Shown: positions 21,701 to 32,577 of the stretch, one piece after another | Position numbering within the stretch: the first letter of the stretch is position 1 | Layout: each line of letters starts with the position of its first letter | From: an uncultured delta proteobacterium | GTDB lineage: Bacteria > Desulfobacterota > Binatia > DP-6 | NCBI GenBank assembly: GCA_963815115.1 | Contig: CAWFFN010000007.1 | Location: forward strand, 1,056,001-1,120,000 | Direction: 5' to 3' | Length of the DNA: 64,000 nt | Made by a program: the position numbers and the translations under genes | Notes under the pieces: generated by a model | Told to the model about the DNA's origin: nothing | Databases searched by the model: none | The model's input: only the letters and a program-made list of their open reading frames with translations

Positions 21701-24397
21701 GCCCAGGATCTGCAGACGACGCTCGAGACGATCGTCCGCACCAGCAGGTCCGGCCAGCTCCAGCCCGGAGAGATCCCGCAGGGCGGTGTGTTCGTCCTGC
21801 GCGCCGAGACCATCAGTCCGCAGGAACGCGATCTCCTGCAGACCGCCGCGCGCGCGCGCCTGCTCAGCCGCCACGGCACGCTCGCCGAGCAGGTGACGCG
21901 CATGGAGGCGCCGGAGACGGCCGCACCACCTCCCTCCCGCAGCATCACTCAGGCGCCGCCGGCCGACGACGCCCCGCCGCCCCGGAGGCCGGAGCTGGAG
22001 TTCTTCAACGGTCTGGGAGGTTTCACGACGGACGGCAAGACGTACGTCACCATCCTCGGCGAGGGGCAGTGGACTCCGACACCATGGATCAACGTGGTGT
22101 CGAACGGCGCGTTCGGGTTCCAGGTCTCGGAGTGCGGCGCCGGCTACACCTGGGCGATCAACAGCCACGAGAACCAGCTGACGCCATGGTCGAACGATCC
22201 GGTGAGCGACCCGGCCGGTGAGATCTTCTACGTCCGCGACGAGGAGACCGGCGAGCTGTGGGGTCCGACCGCGCTGCCCATCCGCGAGGAGCACTCCACG
22301 TACCTCGTGCACCACGGCCCGGGCTACAGTCGCTTCGAGCACACGTCGCACGGGATCGCGCTCGACCTCCTCCAGCTCGTCCCGGTCGACGACCCGCTCA
22401 AGATCTGCCGGCTCACGCTCGAGAACCGCTCCGGCCGGCCGCGCCGGCTGAGCGTGACGGCGTACGTCGAGTGGGTCCTCGGCGCGTCGCACAGCGCGAG
22501 CGCGCCGTACGTCGTCACCGAGATCGACAAGGGGACGGGCGCGCTGCTCGCCCGCAACCCGTGGCATCCGGAGTTCGGCGGCCGGCTCGCGTTCGCCGAC
22601 CTGCGCGGGCGCCAGACGAGCTGGACGGGCGATCGCACGGAGTTCGTCGGACGCAACGGCACGCTCGACCACCCGGCGGCTCTCGAGCGTCCCGGGCCCC
22701 TGTCGGGACGCGTCGGAGCTGGACTCGACCCGTGCGCCGCGCTGCAGGCGTCGATCGAGCTGCGAGCGGGCGCGCGCGCCGAGGTGGTCCTGCTGCTCGG
22801 CCAGGGAGCGACCGCCGACGAGGCGCGCTCGCTGATCGCGCGCCATCGCGCGGCCGACGTCGACGTCACCCTGACAGCCGTAGCGACCCGCTGGGACGAC
22901 ATCCTGTCGGTCGTGCAGGTGCGTACGCCCGACCGCTCGCTCGACGTGATGCTGAACTCCTGGCTGCTCTACCAGGCGCTCTCCTGCCGGGTCTGGGCGC
23001 GGGCCGCGTTCTACCAGGCGAGCGGCGCCTACGGCTTCCGCGACCAGCTCCAGGACCTGATGGCGATCACCCTGGCGCGCCGCGACCTCGCCCGCGAACA
23101 TCTGCTGCGTGCGGCTGCACGGCAGTTCGTCGAGGGCGACGTCCAGCACTGGTGGCATCCACCTTCCGGCAGAGGGACGCGCACACGCATCTCCGACGAC
23201 CTGGTCTGGCTACCCTATGCGGCGATCCACTACCTCGAGACCACCGGCGACATGGGTCTCCTCGACGAGGTCGTGCCCTTCATCGAGGGTCCGGTGCTCG
23301 CTCCCGATCAGCTCGAGGCTTACTTCGCGCCGACCGTCTCCAGCCAGACCGGCACCTTCTTCGAGCATTGTGCCCGCGCCCTCGACCGCAGGCTGGAGGT
23401 CGGCAGCCACGGCCTCCCGCTCATGGGAACCGGCGACTGGAACGACGGCATGAACCGCGTCGGCCCGGCGGGGCGCGGCGAGAGCGTGTGGCTCGGCTGG
23501 TTCCTCCACACCACGCTGTGGGAGTTCGCGCGCATCGCCGACCTGCGCGGCGAGGCGAAGCGGGCGGCAAAATGGATGCAACACGTGACCGCCCTGAGGG
23601 CGGCGCTCGAGCGCTCCTGGGACGGCGACTGGTACCGGCGTGCATACTTCGACGACGGCACCCCGCTGGGGTCGGTCAGCAACGCGGAGTGCCGCATCGA
23701 CTCGATCGCCCAGTCCTGGGGAGTCATCTCCGGCGCTGCCATGCCGGCTCGCGCCGAGCGCGCCATGGCGGCGGTCGAGGAATACCTCGTGCATCGCGGC
23801 GACGGCCTCGTCCTGCTGTTCACGCCGCCCTTCGATCAGACGCCCCTCGATCCGGGCTACATCAAGGGCTATCTGCCGGGCGTTCGCGAGAACGGTGGGC
23901 AGTACACGCATGCTGCCATCTGGGCCGTCCTCGCCTTCGCGGCGCTGGGCGACGGTGACAAGGCCGGCGAGCTGTTCGCCATCCTGAACCCGATCAATCA
24001 CGCGAGCACGCGCGCCGGCGTGCACCGCTACAAGGTGGAGCCGTACGTCTCCGCCGCCGACGTCTACGCGGCGCCGCCGCACGTGGGGCGTGGCGGATGG
24101 ACCTGGTACACGGGATCGGCGGGCTGGATGTACCGCGCCGGCATCGAGTGGATCCTCGGGTTTCGCCTGCGCGGCACGACCCTGCACCTCGATCCCTGCA
24201 TCCCCCGCGCGTGGCGCGGCTTCGAGGTCTCGTTCCGCTATCACTCGTCGCGATACGAGATCCGGGTTGAGAACCCGCGCGGCGTGACGCGCGGAGTATC
24301 GGGCGTGGAGGTCGACGGGCAGCGGCTCGAGGACGAAGGGGGTATTCCCCTCGCCGACGACGGCGGGACCCACCAGGTACATCTCGTTCTTGGCTGA
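15713..24397 (+). CDS. ndvB: Cyclic beta-1,2-glucan synthase (Cgs/NdvB/ChvB type; GT84 plus GH94 phosphorylase domains)
   Basis: 2894 aa; [133 protein letters not shown]. Confidence 0.95.
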   Translation: MIWPPFLQGLVDRASSSRAAFKDSQEPIRAELFSVERLEQHAESLAAAQRVTDDPGRGRPLAPRVRDNARALLESYRLLVEAIREERIVSPAAEWLVDNFHIVDEQLREIRDHLPSGYYRELPKLAEKHLAGYPRVLGLAWAFVAHTDSRFDPDALRRFVRAYQRVQPLLIGELWAIAITLRVVLVENLRRLSERIVAAREERQRADELADGLLGLGGRPAAEAAAALGRLDRGALPRSFAVQLVQRLREQDPAVVPALRWLDEHLAAEGTSSEDIVHREHEAQAAMNVTVRNVITSMRLMSALDWKEFFESVSLVDEVLRAKSAFLDMDFATRDRYRHAIEQLARRSGHPETDVAHRAVAKTAAAGDDPTGRRRDPGYHLIAGGRAAFERELGFNPGLRRRLLRAYVAAGTPAYLGTTAILSLVILAPPLLLAARGGAGPFALLAFGLLGLFPATDLAIALTNRGVVERIRPAPLPKLALRDGIPAELRTMVVVPTLLTSVADVEQQIDGLEIHSLANSDAELRFALASDWIDAPTEEMPEDDVLLAAARAGIARLNERHGPTPDGGDRFFLFHRRRIWNPSEGVWMGWERKRGKLHELDRMLRGASDTSFLPVSPPVPEGVRYVITLDADTRLPGGTARQLVGTMAHALNRPRLDPATHRVVEGYGLLQPRVTPTLPEDGQGSLYQRIFSGPCGIDPYAAATSDVYQDLFGEGSYTGKGIYDVDAFEAALDGRVPDNSLLSHDLFEGLFARAGLLTDVSLFEEFPSNYLVATGRQHRWARGDWQLLPWLIGWVSAPISIIGRWKILDNLRRTLSPLAVYVLLVADWTLPVGRPGMWTTFVLAAVILAALVPVLHEVVPRRSGISKRSHVRAVAADLAVAGSQVALTFTLLAHQAFVMGDAIVRALVRLIVTRRRLLEWMTAAQAKAGQDLSLGAFVVRMGGAIVLAVAAAALVLGFGRTGAWPLALPFVALWVLSPAVGWWISQPREGAVAEPLGDDDARMLRTTARRTWRFFETFVGSEAHALPPDNFQEDPHPVVAHRTSPTNVGLYLLSTAAAHDFGWLGILDTLDRLAATLDTLNGLERFRGHFYNWYETRERRPLDPKYVSTVDSGNLLGHLLALAQGCRELIHRPLLDAEVLSGIGDTLLVLRETMDSLADDRRTLTVTRKTLADAVDAVAAALEPIPMSTAAWGARFAQLETLADTMTDIARTLAAERDDPAARELAAWAEAVRAGVASWARDLDALLPWARPPQADPAIEFPVPTPASAPDTCEAIVARLADRPAQAALVERLERSASACASLRRRLETLGRLADAMAGEMDFRFLFDATRNLFRIGFRVADGEPDANYYDLLASEARLASFVAIAKGDVPTSHWFQLGRTMTPVVRGSALVSWSGSMFEYLMPELVMRSPAGSLLEQTCELAVRRQMQYGAERKVPWGISESAYNVRGLDLTYQYSSFGVPGLGLERGLSEDLVVAPYATALAAMVDGPAAARNLTRLAAAGGRGAYGFYEALDYTATRVPEGSTVAPVRAYMAHHQGMTLVALLNVLHDGVMRRRFHAEPSVQANDLLLQERTPRDVGVARPRVDEVNAARHVRDVALPVQRRVRSPHGPVPHTHLLSNGRYAVMLTAAGSGYSRCHDLAVTRWREDVTRDCWGQYVFLRDTQRGEVWSVGYQPTGATPDAYEAVFAEDRAEFRRRDGAISTTMEVVISPEDDAEVRRISLTNLGARAREIEVTSYAEVVLAPPAADAAHPVFSNLFVQTEFVPDVSTLLASRRPRSPEEAPVWAAHLVVVEGETVGGAQFETDRARFLGRGRGIRTPMSVIDGRPLSNTMGAVLDPIFSLRHRIRLAGGASAHLTFSTLVSSSREAVLDLADKYHDPSIFERAATLAWTRAQVELHHLRVEPSEAHLFQRLASRILYSDRSLRPSQEALERNVAGQSGLWAHGISGDLPIVLVRIDEEEDQEIVRQLLRAHEYWRMKQLAVDLVILNEKPVSYAQDLQTTLETIVRTSRSGQLQPGEIPQGGVFVLRAETISPQERDLLQTAARARLLSRHGTLAEQVTRMEAPETAAPPPSRSITQAPPADDAPPPRRPELEFFNGLGGFTTDGKTYVTILGEGQWTPTPWINVVSNGAFGFQVSECGAGYTWAINSHENQLTPWSNDPVSDPAGEIFYVRDEETGELWGPTALPIREEHSTYLVHHGPGYSRFEHTSHGIALDLLQLVPVDDPLKICRLTLENRSGRPRRLSVTAYVEWVLGASHSASAPYVVTEIDKGTGALLARNPWHPEFGGRLAFADLRGRQTSWTGDRTEFVGRNGTLDHPAALERPGPLSGRVGAGLDPCAALQASIELRAGARAEVVLLLGQGATADEARSLIARHRAADVDVTLTAVATRWDDILSVVQVRTPDRSLDVMLNSWLLYQALSCRVWARAAFYQASGAYGFRDQLQDLMAITLARRDLAREHLLRAAARQFVEGDVQHWWHPPSGRGTRTRISDDLVWLPYAAIHYLETTGDMGLLDEVVPFIEGPVLAPDQLEAYFAPTVSSQTGTFFEHCARALDRRLEVGSHGLPLMGTGDWNDGMNRVGPAGRGESVWLGWFLHTTLWEFARIADLRGEAKRAAKWMQHVTALRAALERSWDGDWYRRAYFDDGTPLGSVSNAECRIDSIAQSWGVISGAAMPARAERAMAAVEEYLVHRGDGLVLLFTPPFDQTPLDPGYIKGYLPGVRENGGQYTHAAIWAVLAFAALGDGDKAGELFAILNPINHASTRAGVHRYKVEPYVSAADVYAAPPHVGRGGWTWYTGSAGWMYRAGIEWILGFRLRGTTLHLDPCIPRAWRGFEVSFRYHSSRYEIRVENPRGVTRGVSGVEVDGQRLEDEGGIPLADDGGTHQVHLVLG

Positions 24398-24513
24398 GCA
24401 CCCGCCCGGCGTCGTCTGCCACCCGGACCCGGACGGCTTCGGCGGCGAACGCGGCTGTGCTAGCGGGGCGGCGGGACGTCGTGCGGAGCATCGTCGAACA
24501 GGGCGCCCGTCGC

Positions 24514-26361
24514 ATGAGCCAGCCCCTCGCCGGCGTCGTCCTGGTCGCGATGCTGGCGGGAGGCTGCGCCGCCCGGTCCTACGAGGGCGTGACCTTCGTG
24601 CGTCAGGGACAGCTCCTCCTGGCGTCCCGCGACACCCCGCCACCGACCGATGCGCCGGGGTGGGTCTCGGTGGAGCTGCCCGACATCTGGACCGTTGCGC
24701 GCCGTCGCCTCGGCACCGCCGGCTGGTATCGCTTCACTCTGTCCCTGGAAGAGGCCCCCCGTGACCTGTGGGGCGTCTACCTGCCTCGAGTCGGCATGAA
24801 CGCCGCCGTGTACGTGAACGGCGAGCTGGTCGGGGACGGAGGGCCGTTCAGGCCCGAGATCGCTCGCAACTGGAACCGGCCGCTCTACTTCACGGTTCCG
24901 GCGGGTCTCCTGCGCGCGGGACCGAACGTGGTCGAGGTGCGTCTCGAGATGCCGCCGGGCTCGCCCGGCATGCTGCAAGCCGTCGCGCTCGGTCCCGACC
25001 CCGTGCTGCGCCGCGCCTGGGAGTGGCGCTCGCTCGAGCAGGTGACCGTCGCCCAGGTGGTGTGCGCCGCCACGCTCGTGATGGCCCTCCTCGTGGGCGT
25101 GCTCTTTCTGCCGCGCGATCGCACCGGCGAGTATCGCTGGTTCGTGGCTGGGATGCTGTTGTGGGCGCTTCCGGCGCTCGACACCCTGCTGCGCCACCCA
25201 CCGCTCCCGACACCCGTCTGGGAGTGGACCACGCAGACCGCCCTCAACTGGGGAATCCCGTTCTGCACCCTGGCGGCGCACCGCGCGCTCCACATCCGCC
25301 GGCCGCGCCTCGAGGCGGCGATCGTGGCCATCGCGGTCGGGGGTGCCCTCATACGTGCACTGATGCCCCCCCTCTACGCCTTCCGCGTCACCCTGGTGTG
25401 GCTGCTGTGGACGATCGGCCTCGGCGTCTACCTCGTCTGGATCTTCGGACGCGCGGCGCGCAGCGGGCAGTACCGCCGGAGCCGTGCCTTCCAGATCGCC
25501 GGGCTGCTCGGACTCGCGCTCGGGATCCACGACATCATCTTCCTGGCCGCTGGGCTGCCCGCCGGTGGTCCCCTCCTCTCCCCCTACATCCCCGCCGTCG
25601 CCATGCTGGCGGCCGGCTGGGTCATGGTCGCCAACCTCGGCACCGTGCTCGTGCAGTCGGAGGAGCTCAACGCCGAGCTCGAGCAGCGCGTCGCCGACAA
25701 GCACAGCGAGCTCGAACGCAACTACGGCCGCCTGCGGGAGCTCGAGCGTGAGCGCGCGATCGCCGGCGAGCGCGAGCGGATCATGCGCGACATGCACGAC
25801 GGCATGGGAGGACAGCTGGTGTCGACGCTCGCGATGGTCGAGTCGGGCCGTTTCACCTCCGACACCGTGGCCGATGCCATCCACGCCGCGCTCGACGACA
25901 TGCGCCTCGTGGTCGACTCGCTCGAGCCGGTCGAGGGCGATCTCCTTTCCGTCCTGGCCATGGTGCGCGGCCGGCTCGAGCCGCGCCTCGCGCGCCACGG
26001 CATCCGCTTCGACTGGCAGGTGACCGATCTCCCGCCCCTTCCCGCCTTCGGCCCCGAGCGCGCCCTTCACGTGCTGCGTGTGGTCCAGGAGGCCGTCACC
26101 AACGTTCTCAAGCACGCGCAGGCGAGCACGATCACGATGCGGACGGGCATCGACCCTGGACCCGGCTCCGCCCGCGGGGTGTTCGTCGAGGTATGCGACG
26201 ATGGCCGGGGCTTCGATGGACCGCGTGCCGGCGGGCGCGGCCTGCCCAACATGCAGCGGCGCGCCGCGGAGCTGGGCGGAGATCTCTCGGTATCCACGTC
26301 CGGACCGGGCACGACGGTGCGCCTCTGGTTGCCGCTCGGCGACGCTACTCGTCCAGCCTGA
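24514..26361 (+). CDS. Membrane sensor histidine kinase (extracellular beta-sandwich, ~7 TM, HisKA_3, HATPase)
   Basis: ERERIMRDMHDGMGGQL H-box; QEAVTNVLKHAQA; DDGRGF; GRGLPNMQRRA. Confidence 0.92.
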   Translation: MSQPLAGVVLVAMLAGGCAARSYEGVTFVRQGQLLLASRDTPPPTDAPGWVSVELPDIWTVARRRLGTAGWYRFTLSLEEAPRDLWGVYLPRVGMNAAVYVNGELVGDGGPFRPEIARNWNRPLYFTVPAGLLRAGPNVVEVRLEMPPGSPGMLQAVALGPDPVLRRAWEWRSLEQVTVAQVVCAATLVMALLVGVLFLPRDRTGEYRWFVAGMLLWALPALDTLLRHPPLPTPVWEWTTQTALNWGIPFCTLAAHRALHIRRPRLEAAIVAIAVGGALIRALMPPLYAFRVTLVWLLWTIGLGVYLVWIFGRAARSGQYRRSRAFQIAGLLGLALGIHDIIFLAAGLPAGGPLLSPYIPAVAMLAAGWVMVANLGTVLVQSEELNAELEQRVADKHSELERNYGRLRELERERAIAGERERIMRDMHDGMGGQLVSTLAMVESGRFTSDTVADAIHAALDDMRLVVDSLEPVEGDLLSVLAMVRGRLEPRLARHGIRFDWQVTDLPPLPAFGPERALHVLRVVQEAVTNVLKHAQASTITMRTGIDPGPGSARGVFVEVCDDGRGFDGPRAGGRGLPNMQRRAAELGGDLSVSTSGPGTTVRLWLPLGDATRPA

Positions 26362-27028
26362 CCAGCCCGAGCTGCAACGCCTCGTACACCGCCTCGCCGC
26401 GGGAGTGGACCTCGAGCTTCCGGTAGATGTTGCGAACGTGCGTGGTGACGGTGTGGGCGGAGACGACCATCAGGCGCGCCGCCTCGGCGTAGCTGAAGCC
26501 CTTCACGATGAGGGTGAGGACCTCGTGCTCGCGCTCGGACAGGTGCGGCAGGGCGCCGTCGCCGGGGTCCCGCACCGGCGTCGCGGCTGCGGGCGGGGCG
26601 AGGCGCTTCAGCAGGTAGCGCGCAATCGGCGGGCTGATCGGCGAGCCGCCTTCGACGAGCTCCATGATGGAATCCCCGATGTAGTCGGGGGAGCCGTCCT
26701 TCAGCAGGTAGCCGAGCGCGCCCGCCTCGATCGCGGCGACCACGTGCTGCTCGTCGCCGAAGATGGTGATCACCATCGCCAGGGTGGGTGCGCCCTGCTG
26801 CCGCAGCCCACGGATGAGATCGATGCCGTTGCCGTCGGGTAGGCCGAGGTCCGTCAGGAGCACGTCCGGAACGGCCTTCGCCAGCTCGGCGCGCGCCTCG
26901 GCGAGGCATCCCGCCGCGGCCGCCAGGCGGAGGCGCGGGTGGGCACGCACCGCGCTCGCCAGCCGGACGCGGGTGTTCTCGTCGTCCTCGACGAGGAGCA
27001 CGGCGTGGCGGGCCTTGGGCGAGGTCAC
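26345..27028 (-). CDS. NarL/LuxR-family response regulator
   Basis: VLLVEDD, PDVLLTDLGLPDGNG, GALGYLLKD, LSEREHEVL...TVTTHVRNIYRKL; convergent with the kinase; GTG start inferred. Confidence 0.93.
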   Translation of the reverse strand: MTSPKARHAVLLVEDDENTRVRLASAVRAHPRLRLAAAAGCLAEARAELAKAVPDVLLTDLGLPDGNGIDLIRGLRQQGAPTLAMVITIFGDEQHVVAAIEAGALGYLLKDGSPDYIGDSIMELVEGGSPISPPIARYLLKRLAPPAAATPVRDPGDGALPHLSEREHEVLTLIVKGFSYAEAARLMVVSAHTVTTHVRNIYRKLEVHSRGEAVYEALQLGLVRLDE

Positions 27029-27092
27029 GGGGCATTCTATGCCATGCGGCCCTCGCGCGCTCCTCCCCAGAATTGGGGAGCGCGCAGTCCCT

Positions 27093-28199
27093 CTAGCGGG
27101 CGCTGTAGCGGACGCGGAAGAGACGCAGGCCGATGGCGAGGGTGGCGCCGCCGTAGACGAGCAGCATGATGCTGGGCAGCACGATGGCCTCGAGGCCACG
27201 CTGGCGCAGGATGAGGTCGTTCAGGCCGCGCATGGCCCACGTGGTGAACACCGCGGGCGCGATGCGGCTCATCCACTCGGGCTGCATCGACTGAGGCCAC
27301 CAGAGACCACCGAGGGCGGACACGGCCATCACCAGCGAGAGGCCGAGCGGCAGGGTCTGTTCCCGCGACCGCGCGATCCCGGCGACCAGCATGCCCGCCG
27401 CCACCACCGCGAAGACCGACGCCAGCGTGAGGAGCAGCATCGCCAGCGGCGACGAGCCGAGCGAGACGCCGAACAGCCAGTGTCCCCAGGCCAGCAGCAA
27501 GAGCATCTGCACCACGCCGACGACGAAGCGCGCCGCGAGCTTGCCCAGCAGGATGCGGGTGAAGCCCCCGGGGGCGACCAGGAGGCGAGAGAGCGTTCCC
27601 CAATCACGCTCGTCGTGCATGCTCATGGACGTGCCGAAGACGACCGCCAGGAGCACGAACATCAGCGCGAATCCGGGGACCCGCTGCTCGAACACCGAGA
27701 CCGAGAGCCGGTTGCCGGTGAGATTCTCCTCGCGCAGCGTGATCTTCTCCTCGGAGAACGGATCCGCGAGCGCCGCCGCCTCCTTGTCCATCAGGAGCAG
27801 GAGCACCTTGACGCCTTGCAGGTCGCTGCCGGCGGCCGGGTCGGTGAGGAGCAGGATCTCGCTCGATCGGCCCTGGAGGTACTGCTTGCTCAGCTTGGGC
27901 GGGAAGACGATCGCCGCGGCGGCGTCGTGCTTGTCCCGCACCAGGTGCTCGGCTTCGGCGCGGCTGACCTCGCGCACGTCCGCGTGGTCACCGAGGAGCT
28001 TGATGAATGTGCTCGCCACCGGGCCGCCGTCCTCGTTCACCACCGGCACCATGAGCTTGGGGCCGTCGTCGCCGTGGAAGAGGCCCTGCGCGATCACGGT
28101 GATGACGATGATCGGCATCAGGAGCGCGAAGGCGAGCGCCGAGCGGTCGCGGAGGAAGATGCGGAGGTCCTTGCGGAACACGGCGAACATGGTGGTCAC
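27093..28199 (-). CDS. ABC-2 type transporter permease
   Basis: KDLRIFLRDR, extracellular loop, ERDWGTLSRLLVAP, LGGLWWP; six TM helices. Confidence 0.9.
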   Translation of the reverse strand: MTTMFAVFRKDLRIFLRDRSALAFALLMPIIVITVIAQGLFHGDDGPKLMVPVVNEDGGPVASTFIKLLGDHADVREVSRAEAEHLVRDKHDAAAAIVFPPKLSKQYLQGRSSEILLLTDPAAGSDLQGVKVLLLLMDKEAAALADPFSEEKITLREENLTGNRLSVSVFEQRVPGFALMFVLLAVVFGTSMSMHDERDWGTLSRLLVAPGGFTRILLGKLAARFVVGVVQMLLLLAWGHWLFGVSLGSSPLAMLLLTLASVFAVVAAGMLVAGIARSREQTLPLGLSLVMAVSALGGLWWPQSMQPEWMSRIAPAVFTTWAMRGLNDLILRQRGLEAIVLPSIMLLVYGGATLAIGLRLFRVRYSAR

Positions 28200-28792
28200 G
28201 AGCCCCCGCCCTGTCCCTCCGCGACTTTCGCGCGCAGGCGGTCGAGCAGTCCCTGGAACGAGTCCTTGGCAACCGCGGCATCGAACTGGGCGCGGAAGTT
28301 TCGCGCCAGGCTCACGCCCTCGACGCTGATGTCCGTCGCTTTCCAGGTGTCACCGGAGCGGCGCATCGTGTAGTCGACCGCGAAGCGATCGCCCGAGGTG
28401 ATGACCTCGGTACCTACCCGGGCCTGGTCGCCGTTGACCGTCTCGCTGCCGTAGGCGAAGTCGGGGGCGTCGAAGAGGAGAAGGCGCTGCGTGTAGGTGC
28501 GCACGAAGAAGTCGTGGAACAGCTTGTAGAACTCCTCGGTCTCGGCCGGGCTGCGCCCCTCGAGGTGCGGGCCGGCGGCCAGCTTCGCGAGGGCTTCGGT
28601 ATCGAGGAATCCGCGTAGGAGATCGCTCAGCGCCGCCAGCTTCTGCTTCCGGTCGCCGCTGCCACGGACGATCGTGTTGCTGCGCTCCAGCACGCTGCGA
28701 GTGACCGCCATGGGCCCCTCGGCGGCGGCCGCTGGTCTCAGGCTGGCGACCGCGAGCGCCGTGGCGAGAAGAACGGCCCCGCGCCGCGGCAT
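28196..28792 (-). CDS. MlaC/Ttg2D-family periplasmic lipid-binding protein
   Basis: Signal peptide; FLDTEALAKLAAG; VDYTMR...WKATDISVEGVSLARNFRAQF. Confidence 0.88.
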   Translation of the reverse strand: MPRRGAVLLATALAVASLRPAAAAEGPMAVTRSVLERSNTIVRGSGDRKQKLAALSDLLRGFLDTEALAKLAAGPHLEGRSPAETEEFYKLFHDFFVRTYTQRLLLFDAPDFAYGSETVNGDQARVGTEVITSGDRFAVDYTMRRSGDTWKATDISVEGVSLARNFRAQFDAAVAKDSFQGLLDRLRAKVAEGQGGGS

Positions 28793-29787
28793 CAGTCCCG
28801 CAGTTCCTTTCCCGTGAGGTCGAGGAAGACGTCGTCGAGGGTGACGGGCGTGACCCGCGTCCGCAGGATGCCGTGCCCGAGCGCGGACACCGCGCGGTAC
28901 ACGCGCGGCAGCGCCTGCTGTGCCCGCGTGGTGAAGATGCGCAGGTCGTTACCGACCACCTCGACCTTGCGCACGCCGTCGACCGCCTCGAGAGGCGCAA
29001 CCGTCTCGGGGGGCTGGAGCAGGCGCAGATCGATCACCTCGGTGGCGTTGGAGAGCGCCAGGAGCTCGGGCAGCGTCCCACACGCCACCACGTGGCCATC
29101 GTCCATGATCGCGATGCGATCGCACAGGTTCTCCGCTTCCTCGAGGTAGTGCGTGGTGTAGAGGATGGTGGTGCCGCGCGTGCGCAGCGCGCGCACGGCG
29201 TCGAAGATGTGCGCCCGTGACTGAGGGTCGACCGCCACCGTGGGCTCGTCGAGGAGGACGAGCCTGGGCGCGCTCACCAGCGCGCAGCCGAGATTGAGGC
29301 GCCGCCGCATGCCGCCCGAATAGGTCGCGACGCGGTCGTCCTTGCGCGACGACAACCCCACGACCTCGAGCGCCTCGATCACGTGCTGCCGCCGCTGCGC
29401 CCGCGGCACGCCATAGAGCTCCGCGAAGAAGGTGAGGTTCTCCTCGGCCGTCAGGCTCGGGTAGAGAGCCTCTTCCTGGGGTGCGACGTTGAGGAGCCGG
29501 CGCGCGGCATCGACGTCGTGCACGACGTGCTTGCCCAGCACCCAGGCGTCGCCGCTGGTCGGACGGATGCGCGTCGAGATCATCGAGAGGAGCGTCGTCT
29601 TGCCCGCGCCGTTGGGTCCGAGAAGGCCGAAAATCTCGCCTTCGGGAATATCGAGCGATACGCCGCGTACGACCTCGCGGCCGGCGTACTCACGCCGGAG
29701 CTCGCGCAGGACGACCGCTGATCTGACAGCTCGCAGCTGGGGTCGTGGCTGTTCGGGGACGACGAAGGGACGAACGGAGGTCTTCAT
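28792..29787 (-). CDS. ABC transporter ATP-binding protein (DrrA/NodI-like)
   Basis: GPNGAGKTT, YSGGMRRRL, LLDEPT, TTHYLEEAE. Confidence 0.95.
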   Translation of the reverse strand: MKTSVRPFVVPEQPRPQLRAVRSAVVLRELRREYAGREVVRGVSLDIPEGEIFGLLGPNGAGKTTLLSMISTRIRPTSGDAWVLGKHVVHDVDAARRLLNVAPQEEALYPSLTAEENLTFFAELYGVPRAQRRQHVIEALEVVGLSSRKDDRVATYSGGMRRRLNLGCALVSAPRLVLLDEPTVAVDPQSRAHIFDAVRALRTRGTTILYTTHYLEEAENLCDRIAIMDDGHVVACGTLPELLALSNATEVIDLRLLQPPETVAPLEAVDGVRKVEVVGNDLRIFTTRAQQALPRVYRAVSALGHGILRTRVTPVTLDDVFLDLTGKELRD

Positions 29788-30776
29788 GGTCTCCTATCTC
29801 GCAATGCAACGATCGGCGCGTCGGAAGGTTGCGCCACATCGGAAGGTTGCGCCACAAAAGTGGGTTCCTGCCCGAACATTCGCTGCCATTCGCGGCTGCG
29901 GCTCGCAAGCGCCCGCTCGACGACGACCCGGCGGCGCTGGAGATAGCCGTTGCGGGCCGCGCTATAGAGATCGAGGACGCTGTCCTCGACATCGGCGAAC
30001 AGGCGGAGGTTCAGGGAGCGCTCGTTGACGGCGGTGACGATCGATTTGGCCCGATTGGCAAAGAAGGGGAGAACGTAGCTGATCGGATCGAGGAGGCCGT
30101 CGATGCCCCGGCCGATGGCATCACGCACGTTGAGCGGCGGGAAGGTCGGCAGTACCAGAAAGGGCCCGTCGCCGACGCCGTACATCGCGAGCGTCTGACC
30201 CGCATCGGCGTTGCTCGGCTCGATGTGGAGAGTCGATGCGACGTCGAAGAAGCCCGCGACCCCGACCGTCGTGTTCACGGTGAAGCGCGCCACCTCGCGC
30301 GCCGCACCAATCGGCCGGGCCTGCAGGATGCTGTTCACGAGCCGCCGCGGCATGTCGAGGTTGTCGAAGAACCGCGAAAGACTCCGGCGTGCAGGCTCGG
30401 GAGCGACCTTCGACCATCCGGTGGCCGCCGGCTTCACCAGATACCTGTCGAGGATGTCATGGTTGAAGAAGAACATCTTCTCGTTGAATGGCTGCCAGGG
30501 ATCCCAGTCGTCGGCCTCTTCGAGGCTGTCCGACGCGCCCGGGTCGTCGAGCAGCCGCGCGCTCCGCACGCCGCCGTCCGGACCGGGCCCGGCCCCCGGA
30601 CCCCCGAGACCCGGCGAGCGGGCACAGCCGACGCCCATCATGACGACGAGCAGGCCGACCGCGACCAGCAACCGCCTCGGTGTCTCGATCTGCATGTGTT
30701 GATTCATGACTAGGGCCAGAGCATCCGCCGTTCGATGCGTCTGGCTTTTCCCTGGTTTCACCCTCGCATTTTCCAT
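29784..30776 (-). CDS. MlaA/VacJ family lipoprotein
   Basis: Lipobox GVGC; DPWQPFNEKMFFFN; RFTVNTTVGVAGFFDVA; DAGQTLAMYGVGDGPFLVLP; DLYSAARNGYLQRR. True start may lie downstream (about 30708 or 30696). Confidence 0.9.
   Translation of the reverse strand: MENARVKPGKSQTHRTADALALVMNQHMQIETPRRLLVAVGLLVVMMGVGCARSPGLGGPGAGPGPDGGVRSARLLDDPGASDSLEEADDWDPWQPFNEKMFFFNHDILDRYLVKPAATGWSKVAPEPARRSLSRFFDNLDMPRRLVNSILQARPIGAAREVARFTVNTTVGVAGFFDVASTLHIEPSNADAGQTLAMYGVGDGPFLVLPTFPPLNVRDAIGRGIDGLLDPISYVLPFFANRAKSIVTAVNERSLNLRLFADVEDSVLDLYSAARNGYLQRRRVVVERALASRSREWQRMFGQEPTFVAQPSDVAQPSDAPIVALRDRRP
29821..29856. repeat. Perfect 18-bp tandem duplication in the 3' end of mlaA
   Basis: TCGGAAGGTTGCGCCACA x2, encoding VAQPSD twice. 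Confidence 0.9.
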
Positions 30777-30867
30777 TGCAGCTTACACGTTCCTCGCTGC
30801 GTTGCGGATGTGCACGATTGCATACCGCCCTCGGCCGTCTCAGATGGATTGCTGAAGCAAAGCACTA

Positions 30868-30883
30868 AGCAAATTCCCTGCCT
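30868..30883 (-). promoter_or_regulatory. Candidate sigma-54 promoter of the mlaA-ABC-mlaC operon
   Basis: Minus strand reads AGGCAGGGAATTTGCT (GGCA, GG-N10-GC, TTGCT) in an AT-richer intergenic region. Confidence 0.45.
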
Positions 30884-31413
30884 GGGGCTGACTGCTTACC
30901 TTACGACCGACCCGACCCGTCGGATCCCCGACGGGGTGTAGCTGGATGGCGAGGAGGTCTACCCGGTCAGCTCGTTCCGTCCGGTCGAGTGTTCAGCCCG
31001 GCTGGGCGCTCAGACCCGTCGAGAGCGAGTCACTCGTTGGACGCTACATGCTGAGAGGCAGGTTGTTTACCAGGATCACGAGGCAGATGCCAATCAGCCA
31101 TGGGCTGCCAACCGGCCGCACCCCGGGGCGGCAGATGTTGGCGCCCGCAGCCTCCACCGACCAGCTATTGGCGTGTGCGGCCGCCTCTATTCGCATGTGC
31201 GGCCGCCTCGGCGGAAGTCAAGCGAGTTCGGGCTGCGAGTCACCCCGCGCTTCGAGCGAACCCGGCCACGCTGATTCGAATGGTGTATCTCCGCAGCAGC
31301 TCGCCGCCATGATCACACCGGCGCCGCGCTGCGCGAAGTACTGGGCAAGGCGCCCGTCAGCAGCCGCGATCTCGGCGAGCGCCGATCCGTGCTATGTCCC
31401 GCCGCCGCCGCTC

Positions 31414-32577
31414 ATGGCGCACCGAAGCAATGCAATCCGGGTCCTCGCCGCCGCGCTTTCCGTCGCGACGGCGGCCCCCACGAGCGCGGGGGTACGGTCG
31501 GGGTGTCGTGGGGCACCCGCCCGTCAGACGGCGGATTTCGCCAGCCGCGGGCCACGACCGGTGGGTGTTCGGACATTGCACTTCGTCGACCAGACGCGCG
31601 CCACACCGCCGCACGGTTCCTTCGCAGGAACGCCCTTTCGCACGCTCGACACCGAGGTGTGGTACCCCGCCGCAACGCCGACGGGCACGGCGCTCCGCGA
31701 CGCTCCACTCGACACCGGCGGGGCACCCTACCCGCTCGTCCTCTATGGCCACGCGCTGCAGGACAGCCGTCTGGGCGAAGCGTACCTCGCGGAGCATCTC
31801 GCCAGTCGCGGCTATGTCGTCGCCTCGGTCGACTTCCCGCTCGGCAAGCTCGGCGCACCGGGCGGCGCGACGCCCGACGACCTCGCGAGCCAGCCTGGCG
31901 ATCTGCGCGCGGTTCTGGAGCATCTCCTCGCCGGAGACGGCGGATTGGCGGGCGCGGTCGACGCCGACCGCGTCGGCGCGAGCGGCCTCTCGCTCGGCGC
32001 GGCGACCGTCATGCTGCTCGCCTACCATCGGGACCTCCGCGACCGCCGCATCCGGGCCGTCCTGCCGATCGCGCCGCCCTTTTCGTGCGCGTTCACGCGG
32101 GCGTTCTACAAGGGCGTGCGCCTGCCCTTGCTGGTCCTGCAGGGCGACGCCGACGGTCTCGTACCGATCGAGGAGAACGCGCTCCGCGTCGTGCGGCGTG
32201 CGCGGGGGCCACGCGCGCTCGTCGAGCTGCACGGCGGTTCGCACCTGGGATTCACGGGATTCGCCAGTGTCCTCGGCACGCCCGGGGACATCGACCGTTT
32301 CGGGTGCGACTCGTTGCTCGGGGCGACCGGATCCGACCCGTTTTTCCCGCCGCTTCCGGGCGGACGCCGTGCGGGGGTTGCGAGCGACCAGTGCTCGCCG
32401 CCCTGCCAGTCGGCGCCGCCGCTGGCGACGCTCGATTTCGAGCGCCAGCACGAGCTGACGCGCATCGTCGCGGCAGCGTTCTTCGACGCCGAGCTCGGCG
32501 GCGACCGGAGCGCGCGCTGCTGGCTCGCGCGGGGACTAGCCGGCGAGAACCCGGATGTCGCCACGCGGCGGCGCTGA
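31414..32577 (+). CDS. Secreted alpha/beta hydrolase (dienelactone hydrolase / PAF-acetylhydrolase-like)
   Basis: Signal peptide; RTLDTEVWYP; YPLVLYGHA; HLASRGYVVASVDFP; GLSLG nucleophile elbow; GDADGLV; GGSH. Confidence 0.88.
   Translation: MAHRSNAIRVLAAALSVATAAPTSAGVRSGCRGAPARQTADFASRGPRPVGVRTLHFVDQTRATPPHGSFAGTPFRTLDTEVWYPAATPTGTALRDAPLDTGGAPYPLVLYGHALQDSRLGEAYLAEHLASRGYVVASVDFPLGKLGAPGGATPDDLASQPGDLRAVLEHLLAGDGGLAGAVDADRVGASGLSLGAATVMLLAYHRDLRDRRIRAVLPIAPPFSCAFTRAFYKGVRLPLLVLQGDADGLVPIEENALRVVRRARGPRALVELHGGSHLGFTGFASVLGTPGDIDRFGCDSLLGATGSDPFFPPLPGGRRAGVASDQCSPPCQSAPPLATLDFERQHELTRIVAAAFFDAELGGDRSARCWLARGLAGENPDVATRRR

Noticed and set aside
16076-23158. Very long minus-strand ORFs (1472 aa, 874 aa) and similar antisense ORFs over clpB, wzz and the sugar transferase
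   Set aside because: Shadow frames of high-GC3 genes on the opposite strand; no motifs.
29821-29856. 18-bp duplication as a regulatory or mobile signal
   Set aside because: In-frame duplication in a disordered protein tail; most simply replication slippage.
30946-31413. N-terminal extension of the alpha/beta hydrolase
   Set aside because: Non-protein-like sequence; a signal peptide begins at ATG 31414.
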